Assembly: GCA_963664405.1 (NCBI GenBank) | Contig: OY761158.1 | Span: 448,001-512,000, forward strand | Length of the DNA: 64,000 bases | Reading direction: 5' to 3' | Origin: Thermoanaerobaculia bacterium | GTDB lineage: Bacteria; Acidobacteriota; Thermoanaerobaculia; Multivoradales; Multivoraceae | Shown: piece by piece, positions 18,147 through 27,669 of the stretch | Layout of the letters: each line of letters opens with the position of its first letter | Position numbering within the stretch: position 1 is the stretch's first letter | Made by a program: the position numbers and the translations under genes | Notes under the pieces: model-generated | Seen by the model: the letters and a program-made list of their open reading frames with translations, nothing else | What the model was told of the DNA's origin: nothing | Database searches by the model: none

Positions 18147-18709
18147 CCGCAGGCGGAATACTCCCTCTTCTGGGGCGTCATACCCCAGGCCTTCCGGCGG
18201 TGGGCGGTCACCTTGCTTGGAGTCGCCCCCGCCGGTCTCCCCATACTCCCACCTGCCACGCTGCTCGCGCGCTCGCGCGCGACGATGATGCTGAAGAGAC
18301 TCTCAGCAGGAAACGCGGTCAGAAAGCCGGGATCGCGCGCTTCTTAAGCGCCGTTGACAACACGCTCCTAGCCTCCAGAAATGATTACTATCATTTCCTC
18401 CGGCTAGTTGCAGTTTGGCGCCGAGGACGGCGCACTCAGGCGTTGATTCCTATTCGCTTCGGAAACGCCGGGGCCGATTCTTCACCGACATCGTGACGAA
18501 TAGCCCTGCACTCTTGTCCTCTCTTGTCCGGATTCGGTCATTCATGATGCTCCTACTGCGGTGCCGCAGCACCTCGCTACGGACCTCATGAATACTCCAG
18601 GCTAAGCGGAATCCCCGGGCCCCCATCCTCGCCGTCTAGCGAGACCCCCTTAGCGAGGTGCTCATGGGAGCCCGGGAACCCACAGCCCGGGCTTGACTCC
18701 TGATCTTGA

Positions 18710-19414
18710 CTAGTCGATCCCGAACTCCGTCTCCGAGATGGTTTGGTTGCCGCTCTCCTCGATCGCCAAGACCTCCCACTTACACTCATCCGCCCCATCC
18801 AGGACCTCGGGTGCGACGGTCAGAGTCGTCACCATCGGCCCGACGTCAGCCTCGAGCTTTCGTAGGGCCGGCTCTTCGCACTCGACGACGACGTGATAGC
18901 TAACGATCTCGCTACCAGGCGGATCGGCCACCGGCGCCCACTCGAAGACGGCGTCCTCGGGGTCGACGTCCTCACCGTCCTTGGGAAAGACCTGAAGCGG
19001 TGCCGCAGGGAGCGCGTGCGTCAGCATTGCCTTGCCTTTGAGGCTGTGCCCGTCGGTGGTCATACCCTTGAAAACGTAAGTGCCCTCTGGAAACAAGGCG
19101 AGGAGATCGGCCAGCGGTTGCTCGTCGAAACTCGGCTCGGCGCTCTCGAAGAAAAGCTCGGTGATCCCTTGTATGCCGACGCTGCCCTTCCCTTTGAAGT
19201 TGAGGATGGTGTTTCCATCCGGGTCCTTGACTTTCATCTTGTCCCAGCCTTCGCCGTCCAAGAAAATCTGAATGCCTGCATCTCCGTCCGTGTCGTTGAT
19301 TTCAAACCATATCCCCACCTCGCTGAGTGGCCTCGCCTGCACCTGCGGCGCGCCCAACCCCAACAACAGTGCGACGATGGCCATCGTTGGTAACCAAACT
19401 GTTCTACCCGTCAT
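18710..19414 (-). CDS. Exported hypothetical protein with FN3/Ig-like C-terminus
   Basis: AGGAGG RBS before ATG 19414; signal peptide; EINDTDGDAG, FESAEP, W.PV..Y.V..KWEVLA..ESGN. Confidence 0.75.
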   Translation of the reverse strand: MTGRTVWLPTMAIVALLLGLGAPQVQARPLSEVGIWFEINDTDGDAGIQIFLDGEGWDKMKVKDPDGNTILNFKGKGSVGIQGITELFFESAEPSFDEQPLADLLALFPEGTYVFKGMTTDGHSLKGKAMLTHALPAAPLQVFPKDGEDVDPEDAVFEWAPVADPPGSEIVSYHVVVECEEPALRKLEADVGPMVTTLTVAPEVLDGADECKWEVLAIEESGNQTISETEFGID

Positions 19415-19826
19415 ATCTCTTCCTCCTAGAAGTGCGAGAGAGTTAATGCCTCGAGAAGCGTTCCCGCACGCCGCTCCTCTCTCAATGAAGATGCACGCAC
19501 GGCGGAATCCCCTCGATCTCTTTCGAGTTTCTTCAAAGACCAAAAAATCGGCGGACTCCACGGGACTCCCTCGACTCGCCGGAAGAGATGCTGAGCGAGT
19601 TGTACTGAGAGAGCCCCGGGAGCCCAACCCAGGAGCTCCGTCTCAGACCGGGCATGGTTTTGCCATCCTCCTCAGTCCGAGAGGTAATGGCCTCCTGGAG
19701 CGTTCTCCCACGCCGCTCCTAAATCAATAGGATACGCAGAAGGCGGGACCCCCTCGACATTCTTCCGAGCCCAGGATCTCAGAGCGGAGGCCGGTGCACC
19801 GGACTCGGCTCACCGAGAGCTCTCTT

Positions 19827-20159
19827 CTAGGCTTTGCCGAAGAAGGCATCGGCCACGAAGAACTTCACCCGTTCGCGCTCCTCATCGCCAAGCTCCTCGA
19901 AACGAAGAGCCATCCCAGCATTGGCCTCGGTCCAAACTACGGAGGCCTTACAGCGAATCGGGCTCTCTCCTGTCTCGCCTGGCAGAGCGAAGGTCAGAGT
20001 CACCGACTCGCCTGCCGGGAGAGGGGTGAGAGTCCCGGCGTACACGCCCGTTTCACTAATGTCTTCGATCCGAGCTTCGAAGGTCGCTCCGCGCGCTTCG
20101 ATCGCAGCCTCGATCGGACTGGATACTCGGACGGCTCGCCTCTCTACCTCAAAAGACAT
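19827..20159 (-). CDS. PilZ-domain (c-di-GMP-binding) protein
   Basis: RRAVR (RxxxR) and DISETG (D/NxSxxG) motifs, G.ALRF. Confidence 0.88.
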   Translation of the reverse strand: MSFEVERRAVRVSSPIEAAIEARGATFEARIEDISETGVYAGTLTPLPAGESVTLTFALPGETGESPIRCKASVVWTEANAGMALRFEELGDEERERVKFFVADAFFGKA

Positions 20160-20508
20160 GGCTTCGCACCCCTTCTGCCCCCGGCCTCCGCCGACCGATC
20201 AATTTCAGTCACCGCGACGGCAATAGATGTCTCCAATAGCTTACATTCGTGACGCATGAATCAAGTCTTTCTCAAAGCGAATTCGTGCCGGGCGTTCAGG
20301 GTGCCCCAGATCGCCGCAGCGCGAAGGATCTCGGCGACGTAGGCGTACTGAGGGGTACGTTGGCGGTGAGTGGGGTGCAGCTGAATGGCCGGAGGTTCGG
20401 GATGCGCCGTCCTCGGCGCCATGTTCCGCATCCGGAGGAAGTGATACCGATCACTTCCGTAGGATGCGACGAGCACGCGGTGAGGTGGGGTGCCCTGGAC
20501 GGCCGGCC

Positions 20509-20679
20509 TTAGCGGCCAACGCCCATCGCCCGGTGCAGTACAAAGCCGATCGAGCCGACCGCCGCCACCAGAGACGCGACCAGCCAGAAGCGCCATCCCT
20601 CGCTCCAAGCTATCCAAGCGAAATAGGCGAAGCCAAATCCTACGCATACGGCCATCGGGATGGCTTGGTTCGCCTTCAT
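20509..20679 (-). CDS. Small two-TM hypothetical protein
   Basis: GGAG before ATG 20679; two hydrophobic segments. Weak support. Confidence 0.35.
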   Translation of the reverse strand: MKANQAIPMAVCVGFGFAYFAWIAWSEGWRFWLVASLVAAVGSIGFVLHRAMGVGR

Positions 20680-20769
20680 TCTTGAGCTCCACTCCCGGTC
20701 TTGTTTCCGTGCCTGGCAAGCCGAGGCGCCGCGCCCGCCAATGATAGCCTCCTCGGCGGTAGGCACGAC

Positions 20770-22047
20770 ATGACCTCGACCACTGTCCACAACGAGACCG
20801 GTCACGAGATTCCCGGTTTCCGCCCGGTTCCCCGTACTGGCGTGATCTATGTCATGCATCGCGCACAAGAGCTCGGCTTCGCTTCCCATCGAGAGGAGTG
20901 GTCCAACCTTGGGCAAGGAGCCCCGGAGTGCGGTTTGATTCCGGGCGCACCTGCACGCAGAGAGCAGGTCCTGATCCCGCCGTCTCATCACGAGTACGCC
21001 CCCATCGGTGGCATCCGCGTTCTTCGAGAGAAAGTCGCCGACCTCTACAACCGCGCTTATCGAAAAGGTCGCTCTTCGCTCTACACCGCCGATAACGTCA
21101 GCATCGCACCCGGCGGCCGCGCCGCGATGACTCGACTCGTGGCGGCGATGGGCGAGGTGAACATGGGGCACTTCATCCCCGACTACACCGCCTACGAAGA
21201 GCTTCTCAGCACCTTCAAAGGCTTCGTCCCGATCCCCATCCTGCTCAGCCGACGAGCCGGCTACAGAATCGGTATCGAGGAACTGGAACGCGAGATCGTC
21301 GGCCGCGGTCTTTCCGCCCTCCTCTTCAGCAACCCCTGCAATCCCACCGGCCAGCTGGTCGAGGGTAGGGAGCTAGAGCAGTGGGTGGAGCTAGCGACGA
21401 GAGAGCGTTGCACGATGATTGTTGACGAGTTCTACAGCCACTACATCTACGGCAGCGCGGCCGCAGAGGCCCGAATGGTTTCCGCGGCTGAGTTCATCGA
21501 CGACGTCGAGCAAGACCCGGTAATCATGGTTGACGGCCTCACCAAGAACTGGCGCTACCCAGGCTGGAGGGTGAGCTGGATCGTCGGGCCCCGCGAGATC
21601 ATCGCTCAGGCGACCAGCGCCGGATCCTATCTGGACGGCGGAGCCAACCACCCCTTCCAGCGAGAAGCCGTGACTCTGCTCGATCCTGGGCTGGTGCACC
21701 AAGAGACCCAGGCCATCCAGCAAGAGTTCCAATCCAAACGACAGTACCTTCTCGCCCGGCTGCGCGATCTCGGCGTTGAAGTCGACGTAGATCCGCAGGG
21801 GGCCTTTTACGTTTGGGGCAATCTGCACCGCCTGCCTCCTCCCCTCGACGACGGAATGCACTTCTTCGAGGCGGGCTTGAAAGAGAAGGTCATCACCGTT
21901 CCCGGAACCTTCTTCGACGTCAACCCGGGCAGACGTCGTGCTCACGGGCGCTACCAAAGTTACTCCAGGTTCAGTTTCGGGCCCTCATTACCGGAGCTCG
22001 AGCGCGGCCTCGATTCCGTCGAGCGCATCGTTCGTTCCGCGAGCTGA
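20770..22047 (+). CDS. PLP-dependent aminotransferase class I/II
   Basis: SNPCNPTG, VDEFY, GLTKNWRYPGWR (PLP lysine). Confidence 0.9.
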   Translation: MTSTTVHNETGHEIPGFRPVPRTGVIYVMHRAQELGFASHREEWSNLGQGAPECGLIPGAPARREQVLIPPSHHEYAPIGGIRVLREKVADLYNRAYRKGRSSLYTADNVSIAPGGRAAMTRLVAAMGEVNMGHFIPDYTAYEELLSTFKGFVPIPILLSRRAGYRIGIEELEREIVGRGLSALLFSNPCNPTGQLVEGRELEQWVELATRERCTMIVDEFYSHYIYGSAAAEARMVSAAEFIDDVEQDPVIMVDGLTKNWRYPGWRVSWIVGPREIIAQATSAGSYLDGGANHPFQREAVTLLDPGLVHQETQAIQQEFQSKRQYLLARLRDLGVEVDVDPQGAFYVWGNLHRLPPPLDDGMHFFEAGLKEKVITVPGTFFDVNPGRRRAHGRYQSYSRFSFGPSLPELERGLDSVERIVRSAS

Positions 22048-23552
22048 TGCCCCCCAAGCCCGGGCTCCGATACCGGATCCCGGCGTTGCCGACGATCACT
22101 GCGATCGCACTCGCGAGCTTCACCGCGATCCTGCCCCTGTCCGCCCAGGAGCTACCGCCGCCCGGTGAGCGCTGGCGAGAAGTCCGCGGTGAAGGTTTGG
22201 TACTGCGGAGCGCCGCAGCCGAGAAGAGGACCGCCTCAGTGGCCCAGGATCTTGCAAGCTTCCGCAAGACCCTGCTGAAACAGCTGGAGACACCGGAGCA
22301 TCAGTCGCCCTACCCCACCGAGATCCTGCTTTTCCGTCGTAAGGACGATTTGGCCTCTTACCATCGACAGGCTGATGGATCCCCGCCGCCCGAGCCCGTG
22401 CTCAGTGTTTTCGACCGCCGCGGACGGCTGGTCGCGCTTGCGGCCGATGCACTCGAGCGAGACCTCCCTCAGATCCGCAGGTTACTCGCCCATGATTTGA
22501 TCAGCGAGCTTGGCCCGGTAGCGCCAGCTGGATCAGATACAGCCCTAGTCTCGCCGACTGCAAACACCGAGCCCGCCGTGCTTTCAACCCCACGCCAGCT
22601 CGATCGCGACGAGCTGCTCCTGGCTCTGGGTGACCTGATCGCCCGCAGCACATCCTGGAACACGGTCGGCGCCGAGCTTCACTACAGCGAGATCCAAGAG
22701 AGCAGCCGCCTCTACGCAGCAGCGCTGCGGGGAATCGCGACCCTTCGCGACATCGACGGCAGATCCGAAGACGCTACCGAGGTCTACCTGCAGAGCCTGG
22801 CCTTGGAGGCGAACGACGCACTCACACTCACACTGGCGGGATGGAGCCGCCTCGACGGCTTCCGCTACCGAGTGGGAACCCGGCGAGCACGGGAGGATCC
22901 TCTGCCCGAGACGGCCAAAGCCGCCTACGAGCTCTTTTCCCGCGCAGTCGAGAGCTCACCGCGATCCCCGTACCCCCTTCACGGCCTCGGCGCCAGCCTT
23001 CTCTACGGGACTCATCACCTCGACGAAGGCCTACTCGCGTTAAGGAGCGCCCACGAGCTTCTGCCCAATGACTACGAGATTCTTGGTGACCTCGTGATCT
23101 TCTACGCCCACTCGGGGCGAAACACCGAGGCCCACGAGCTCTTCGCCGAACGCCTCGAGGGTCGAGGTCCCGAGCCACTCCTAGATCTGGTCGACAGAAT
23201 GCTGGTCGAGGAAGACCTCGCTCAGGTCACGACCCTGGTCCAACAGGAGCATGCGGAAGAGGCGATTCTCGTTCTTCGAACATCACTCGAGCACGCCCGC
23301 AGCGAAGAGACCAGGGACCTCTTCGAGCAGGTTCTCGAGCAACTCGAGAAGATCCGCGAGGGCCAAGCACGAGACCGAGAGGTCGAGCGCTTCAACACCG
23401 AGGTCTATCCGAAACTAAAAGAGCTGATGGACCAAGGTAGACTCGAGGAGGCGCAAGATCGGCTTGAGGAGTTGCTGGCCCAGGACCTTCACCCAGACGT
23501 CAGGGCAAGAGCGGGAGAGCTACTTCTTACTCTCCAGAACCTCGGCCCCTAG
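22047..23552 (+). CDS. Exported TPR-repeat protein
   Basis: TGATG coupling to the aminotransferase; signal peptide; several TPR-like helical pairs. Confidence 0.7.
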   Translation: MPPKPGLRYRIPALPTITAIALASFTAILPLSAQELPPPGERWREVRGEGLVLRSAAAEKRTASVAQDLASFRKTLLKQLETPEHQSPYPTEILLFRRKDDLASYHRQADGSPPPEPVLSVFDRRGRLVALAADALERDLPQIRRLLAHDLISELGPVAPAGSDTALVSPTANTEPAVLSTPRQLDRDELLLALGDLIARSTSWNTVGAELHYSEIQESSRLYAAALRGIATLRDIDGRSEDATEVYLQSLALEANDALTLTLAGWSRLDGFRYRVGTRRAREDPLPETAKAAYELFSRAVESSPRSPYPLHGLGASLLYGTHHLDEGLLALRSAHELLPNDYEILGDLVIFYAHSGRNTEAHELFAERLEGRGPEPLLDLVDRMLVEEDLAQVTTLVQQEHAEEAILVLRTSLEHARSEETRDLFEQVLEQLEKIREGQARDREVERFNTEVYPKLKELMDQGRLEEAQDRLEELLAQDLHPDVRARAGELLLTLQNLGP

Positions 23553-23571
23553 ACTGGACCCGGAGTCGCCG

Positions 23572-24843
23572 TCACGCCAGACGACCCATCCAATCGACAA
23601 TCAACGAGGCAATCTCTTCACCGGCGTCTTCCTGGATGAAATGGCCCGCACCCGCAATGGCAACAGCCGCTGAGGAGTTTGGAAAGAGCCGTTCAACGTC
23701 CTTCACCCACGCCGCGGTAATCGGATCTTCTTCCGACCAGATCGGCAGCACCGGTATCCGTAGGTCACGGAGGGCCAAGCGGGCCATGCTGTTTTCGTAG
23801 GCACCAGGGTGGTCAGGGCGAGTCGGCACCAAACGCGGAAAGATCCGAGCGCCTGTCTGATACTCGCGGTCGGGGAAGGGTGCCCCATAGGCCTGCGCTT
23901 CAGCGGTCGAGAAGTCCGGCCGCCGAACCGCGCTCTGCATCATTCTCGGCACATCCATCTCCGGGACCGATTGCGAGAAGCGGCGCCAGGCCGTGAACGC
24001 CTCCGCCACTGGCCCGCTCCCATCGGGAAGACCGGTATTCATCGCCACCAATCGACGGAAGCGATGAGCCTCATCGGCAACCAAGCGAAGACCGAGAAGC
24101 CCGCCCCAGTCCTGGCACACCAATGTCAAATCACCAAGGTCCAGGGCCGCGACGAAGCGTCGCAGCCAGCGAAGGTGAGAGCGGTAGGTATAGGCGCTGC
24201 TGAGAGTCGGCTTGTCAGAGCGGCCGAAGCCGATCAAGTCCGGGGCAACGACTCGTCCGGCCTGCGCCAGCACGGGGATCATGAAACGGTATAGATAGCT
24301 CCACGTCGGTTCGCCGTGGAGCAATAGAAAGCACTCCTCGGCGTCTTCGCTTCCGGCCTCCACATAGGCCATGCTCAGGCCCTCGACTTCGACCTCTCGT
24401 CGCTCCCAATGGAAGCCGGGAAGGTTGCTGAAGCGCTCTTCAGGAGTCCGCAACACACTGCCCTCGGGCCAGCCACCCGGAGTACCGGCGTAGCTGAATA
24501 CCTGACTTACATCGTCGACATCCAAACTCTCGGCCACCTCTGCGACCCACAACCCGAGGTCGGCCAGGTCGGCATCGATCTCGTGCTCTGGAGGGCGTGG
24601 CTCGAAACGATGCCACCAACCGTACACCCTAGCCATACTCGGACGGCCGCGCCCGAGGTCGGCTAGCTCCAACGAGTACAGATGGTCATGCCCCGAACGC
24701 CAGAAACTCTCACCGCTGCGCTTTCCGAGCGCTCGCTCTAGATCGCCGGCGACATCGGGACGCACGTCCAACTCCTGCTCCCAAAGAAGAGGGTCGGAAC
24801 GCAAGAGCGAGAGCTCTTCAGCGGGAGGCTCTACCCACTTCAT
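23572..24843 (-). CDS. Haloalkane dehalogenase-family hydrolase with N-terminal extension
   Basis: LRTPEERF, LHGEPTWSYLYR, PDLIGFGRSDKP, QDWGG nucleophile, AGHFIQED. Confidence 0.9.
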   Translation of the reverse strand: MKWVEPPAEELSLLRSDPLLWEQELDVRPDVAGDLERALGKRSGESFWRSGHDHLYSLELADLGRGRPSMARVYGWWHRFEPRPPEHEIDADLADLGLWVAEVAESLDVDDVSQVFSYAGTPGGWPEGSVLRTPEERFSNLPGFHWERREVEVEGLSMAYVEAGSEDAEECFLLLHGEPTWSYLYRFMIPVLAQAGRVVAPDLIGFGRSDKPTLSSAYTYRSHLRWLRRFVAALDLGDLTLVCQDWGGLLGLRLVADEAHRFRRLVAMNTGLPDGSGPVAEAFTAWRRFSQSVPEMDVPRMMQSAVRRPDFSTAEAQAYGAPFPDREYQTGARIFPRLVPTRPDHPGAYENSMARLALRDLRIPVLPIWSEEDPITAAWVKDVERLFPNSSAAVAIAGAGHFIQEDAGEEIASLIVDWMGRLA

Positions 24844-25769
24844 GAGCGAGCTCGATTCAGGAATTCCACGAGAGCGCGTGCCAGATCAGGGCCTCTATCA
24901 TCCTGAAGGAAGTGGCGGGCGCGGTCGAAGCAGGTAGGTCCCTCCGCATGCGGCAAGAGCTCTTTGAGACGATTCGCGTACTCGATCGGAAAGACGTTGT
25001 CCTCAGGCGCCCAAAGCAAGGCGGTGGGTACCTCGCTCAGCTCAGCGAGCCGGCTCTCGACGGCCTGCATGTCGCTCCAACCCCTGTCTCCTTCTGTCAT
25101 CGGGATGTTTCGAGGCCAGGTGAGCACGACATGGTCGGAGTCGGGCTCGTCGAATACGTGGTGGTACGCGGCGCCCTCAGCCGCACTCATGCCGCGCTGC
25201 GTCAGCGCGGACGGGCCATGCTGGGAAAGCACTCTCACCCGCTTCATCAAGAGCTGCCCGATCAGGGGCGCATGCCATGTCGTCCAGGGGCGCGGTGACG
25301 AATGGAATTTGCCGACGTAGCCGGTAAAGAGCCAGGTGTTCATCAGCACCAGCGCTCGCAGCTTCTCGACCCGTTGCAGTGCCGCTCCGACACCCTGGGG
25401 ACCACCCCAGTCCTGGCCGACGACAACAAACTCGTGAAGATCCAACTGGTCGATCAGCGACACCAGGTCGGCGACATGGTGAGCCATGGTCAGACTCGCA
25501 TCCAGACGAGGGTGGTCAGAATAACCGGCGCCGACCCAGTCGGGCGCCAGTGCTCGATAACCCGCCTCGCGCAAGGGCTCGAAAAAATCCCGATAGAGGA
25601 AGCCCCAGGTCGGGTTTCCGGAGAGCAGCAAGACCGGCAGGCTCGCCGCATCGCCCTCGTCGACATAGGCCATCCGGCGACCGTTGACGATCAACGAGTG
25701 CTGTCGGTAAGGAAAGATGTCCCGCAGCCACCCGGGTTTGGGTCGGAGGCCACGCTCGCTTCCACTCAT
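24840..25769 (-). CDS. Alpha/beta hydrolase, haloalkane dehalogenase-like
   Basis: YVDEG, GNPTW.FLYR, QDWGG, HFLQDD; ATG 25769 lies just outside repeat A copy 3. Confidence 0.88.
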   Translation of the reverse strand: MSGSERGLRPKPGWLRDIFPYRQHSLIVNGRRMAYVDEGDAASLPVLLLSGNPTWGFLYRDFFEPLREAGYRALAPDWVGAGYSDHPRLDASLTMAHHVADLVSLIDQLDLHEFVVVGQDWGGPQGVGAALQRVEKLRALVLMNTWLFTGYVGKFHSSPRPWTTWHAPLIGQLLMKRVRVLSQHGPSALTQRGMSAAEGAAYHHVFDEPDSDHVVLTWPRNIPMTEGDRGWSDMQAVESRLAELSEVPTALLWAPEDNVFPIEYANRLKELLPHAEGPTCFDRARHFLQDDRGPDLARALVEFLNRARS

Positions 25770-25774
25770 CGAAG

Positions 25775-25940
25775 CTAGTGTCCTGTAACAGTGGTTCGTT
25801 GCATAAATCGCGCAGTCATTTTGTGGGCTGCCAAGGCGCGCCGACGAAGTCATATTGGGAATATTTCGAGGAGGTGCTACGACGGCAGGACGCAAAAGGG
25901 CCAGCGAGTTATGTGACGAGCCACTGGTACAGGACACTAG
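25775..25940. repeat. CTAG-bounded 166-bp palindromic element, family A copy 3
   Basis: Arms CTAGTGTCCTGTAACAGTGGTTCGT / ACGAGCCACTGGTACAGGACACTAG; core CAAGGCGCGCCGACG..CATATTGGGAATAT..GAGGAGG. Confidence 0.9.
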
Positions 25941-27592
25941 GCCTCTTTCTCGGGCGGCCGCGAGCGCGGCGACCTTCGGCGTCCTCCACGCCGACGACGC
26001 GACGGCCTTTTCGGGGTTGCGGGTTGCGAGCTCGACTCCGGTTGCGAGCCTGCTGGCGCCGCCGGTTGAGTCGCTTCCACCGATGGCTGCATCCGCGTCA
26101 CCGCCTCACGTTCCTCTTTGCTCAGCGAGGTCCACTGCACGTCTTCGTCTAGACGCTGAAGCACCGGTGAAGCCCTCACCTCGATACGAATGCCGTGCTC
26201 CTCCTCCATCCGGGCGAGCTCTCGACGACGGAGGTTCTGAAAAGCATCAGCGACCTCAGGATGAAGTCGGATCACGACTGCCTTCATCGCACCTGCCGCC
26301 GCCCGACCCTCGATCCTTCGAAGGAGCTGCAATGAAGCGAGCTCCGGCGACGGCACCAGACCGCGACCCCGACAACTCGGGCACTCGGAGAACGAGCGCC
26401 CGGTCAGCGACTGGCCGACGCGCTGACGATTGATCTCGAGCAGGCCATTGGAGCTGATGTGAGAGACGCGTGCGCGGGCCTTGTCGTCTTTGAGCGCGTC
26501 CTTCTGCGCACGCTCTACCTTGCGCCGCGCTTCGGGCTTGTCGAGATCAATGAAATCCACCACGACCAAACCCCCGATATCCCTGAGACGCAGCTGTCTT
26601 CCGACTTCCTTCGCCGCTTCTAGGTTGATCTTCAAGGCCATCTCGGCCTGACTCGACGCCTGGGTCGCGCTTCCCGAATTTACGTCGATGGCGGTGAGCG
26701 CCTCGGTGGGGTCGATGACGATGGAGCCACCACTGGGCAGGGGAACGTTGCGCTTGTAGATGCTTTCGATCTGCTGCTCGAGGTTGAAATGCGAAAAGAG
26801 TGGAACGCGGCCTTCGTAGTGCTGGGCCTCAACAGTGCTTCGGGGCATGAAAGCCTTCAGGTAGTGCTGCGCCCTCTCTTTCAGGTCCTCGTTGTCGACA
26901 AGGATCTCGTCGACACTCGAGTCGACGTGGTCTCGAAACACCTTCAATACCAAGTCCTGATCGCCGTATAGCTGACGAATGCCAGCGCCAGACTGGGCCT
27001 CTTCGTAAATCCTGCGCCACAGACGCAGCAGGGCGGCGAGGTCGCGAGAGAGCTCGCGCTGACTCTGATCCCTGGCGTTGGTGCGTACCACCAGACCGCA
27101 TCCGTCAGGAAGGTTGAGATTAGCTGCGACTTTCTTCAATGCGCTGCGACTCTCGTCGTCTTCGACCTTGCGCGACACACCGCGAGTGCTGTCGAAGGGC
27201 GTCAGCACCAGATACCGCCCGGGCAGCGAAAGATTGGTCGTCAGTACCGCCCCCTTGCGGCCCTCTGCGTCCCGGGTCACCTGCACCACGATCGGTTGCC
27301 CTTTCTCGAGCAGATCGGTAATGCGTGGGATGCCCCCTCCTTTGGGATTCTTGTAGCGCGCCTCCTTCACCACATCGCGACAAGTCAGAAAGCCGTGCCG
27401 TGACGCCCCGTACTCGATGAAGGCCGCGTTCAGGGACCCCTCCAACGAAGCGATGACTCCAAGATAGATGTTCCCTCGGGTGAGACCTGCGTCCGCCACC
27501 TCGAAGTGATAAGCCTCGAGAGTCGAGTCACGCTCGATGGCAATGCGTAGTTCGTCGGGGGAGTGTCCGCTAATCAGTAAACGTCGTGTCAT
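25937..27592 (-). CDS. Ribonuclease E/G (Rne/Rng family)
   Basis: GNIYLG S1 domain, KGAVLTT, TEALTAIDVNSG, LRDIGGLVVVDFID, Zn-link CPSC.G.G, Arg-rich tail. Confidence 0.95.
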   Translation of the reverse strand: MTRRLLISGHSPDELRIAIERDSTLEAYHFEVADAGLTRGNIYLGVIASLEGSLNAAFIEYGASRHGFLTCRDVVKEARYKNPKGGGIPRITDLLEKGQPIVVQVTRDAEGRKGAVLTTNLSLPGRYLVLTPFDSTRGVSRKVEDDESRSALKKVAANLNLPDGCGLVVRTNARDQSQRELSRDLAALLRLWRRIYEEAQSGAGIRQLYGDQDLVLKVFRDHVDSSVDEILVDNEDLKERAQHYLKAFMPRSTVEAQHYEGRVPLFSHFNLEQQIESIYKRNVPLPSGGSIVIDPTEALTAIDVNSGSATQASSQAEMALKINLEAAKEVGRQLRLRDIGGLVVVDFIDLDKPEARRKVERAQKDALKDDKARARVSHISSNGLLEINRQRVGQSLTGRSFSECPSCRGRGLVPSPELASLQLLRRIEGRAAAGAMKAVVIRLHPEVADAFQNLRRRELARMEEEHGIRIEVRASPVLQRLDEDVQWTSLSKEEREAVTRMQPSVEATQPAAPAGSQPESSSQPATPKRPSRRRRGGRRRSPRSRPPEKEA

Positions 27593-27669
27593 TTGTATGG
27601 TTGTCCTTGAGCTCCTTCATTCGCCGGCGTAGCTTACACGCGAAAACCCCGTCTCCGAGGAGATCGAAG

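Larger units (their letters stand above)
15034..18359 (-). mobile_element. IS21-family element 2 (four ORFs, 3326 bp)
   Basis: IRR 15034-15068 TGTTATCGGCGGTCATAAAGTGCGGGATTCCGGCT matches the reverse complement of 18325-18359, TGTCAACGGCGCTTAAGAAGCGCGCGATCCCGGCT. 5-bp duplication ACACG at 15029-15033 and 18360-18364. Confidence 0.95.
14950..18371. repeat. CTAG-bounded small element, family B, split by IS21 element 2 (14950-15033 plus 18365-18371)
   Basis: CTAGCCCCAGAAAACG...CCCATCCCCGCCTGAGAACTACTCGCCTG...GCTCCTAG matches the reverse complement of 33142-33223. Confidence 0.85.

Noticed and set aside
16682-18496. 604-aa plus-strand ORF
   Set aside because: Antisense shadow of istA and the Zn-finger ORF; it crosses the IS end and has no recognisable motifs.
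21813-22046. Extended N-terminus of the TPR ORF
   Set aside because: It overlaps the aminotransferase; the coupled ATG at 22047 followed by a signal peptide is the better start.
25770-25937. 56-aa N-terminal extension of the hydrolase in the ORF track
   Set aside because: It is read-through of repeat A copy 3; homology begins after ATG 25769.
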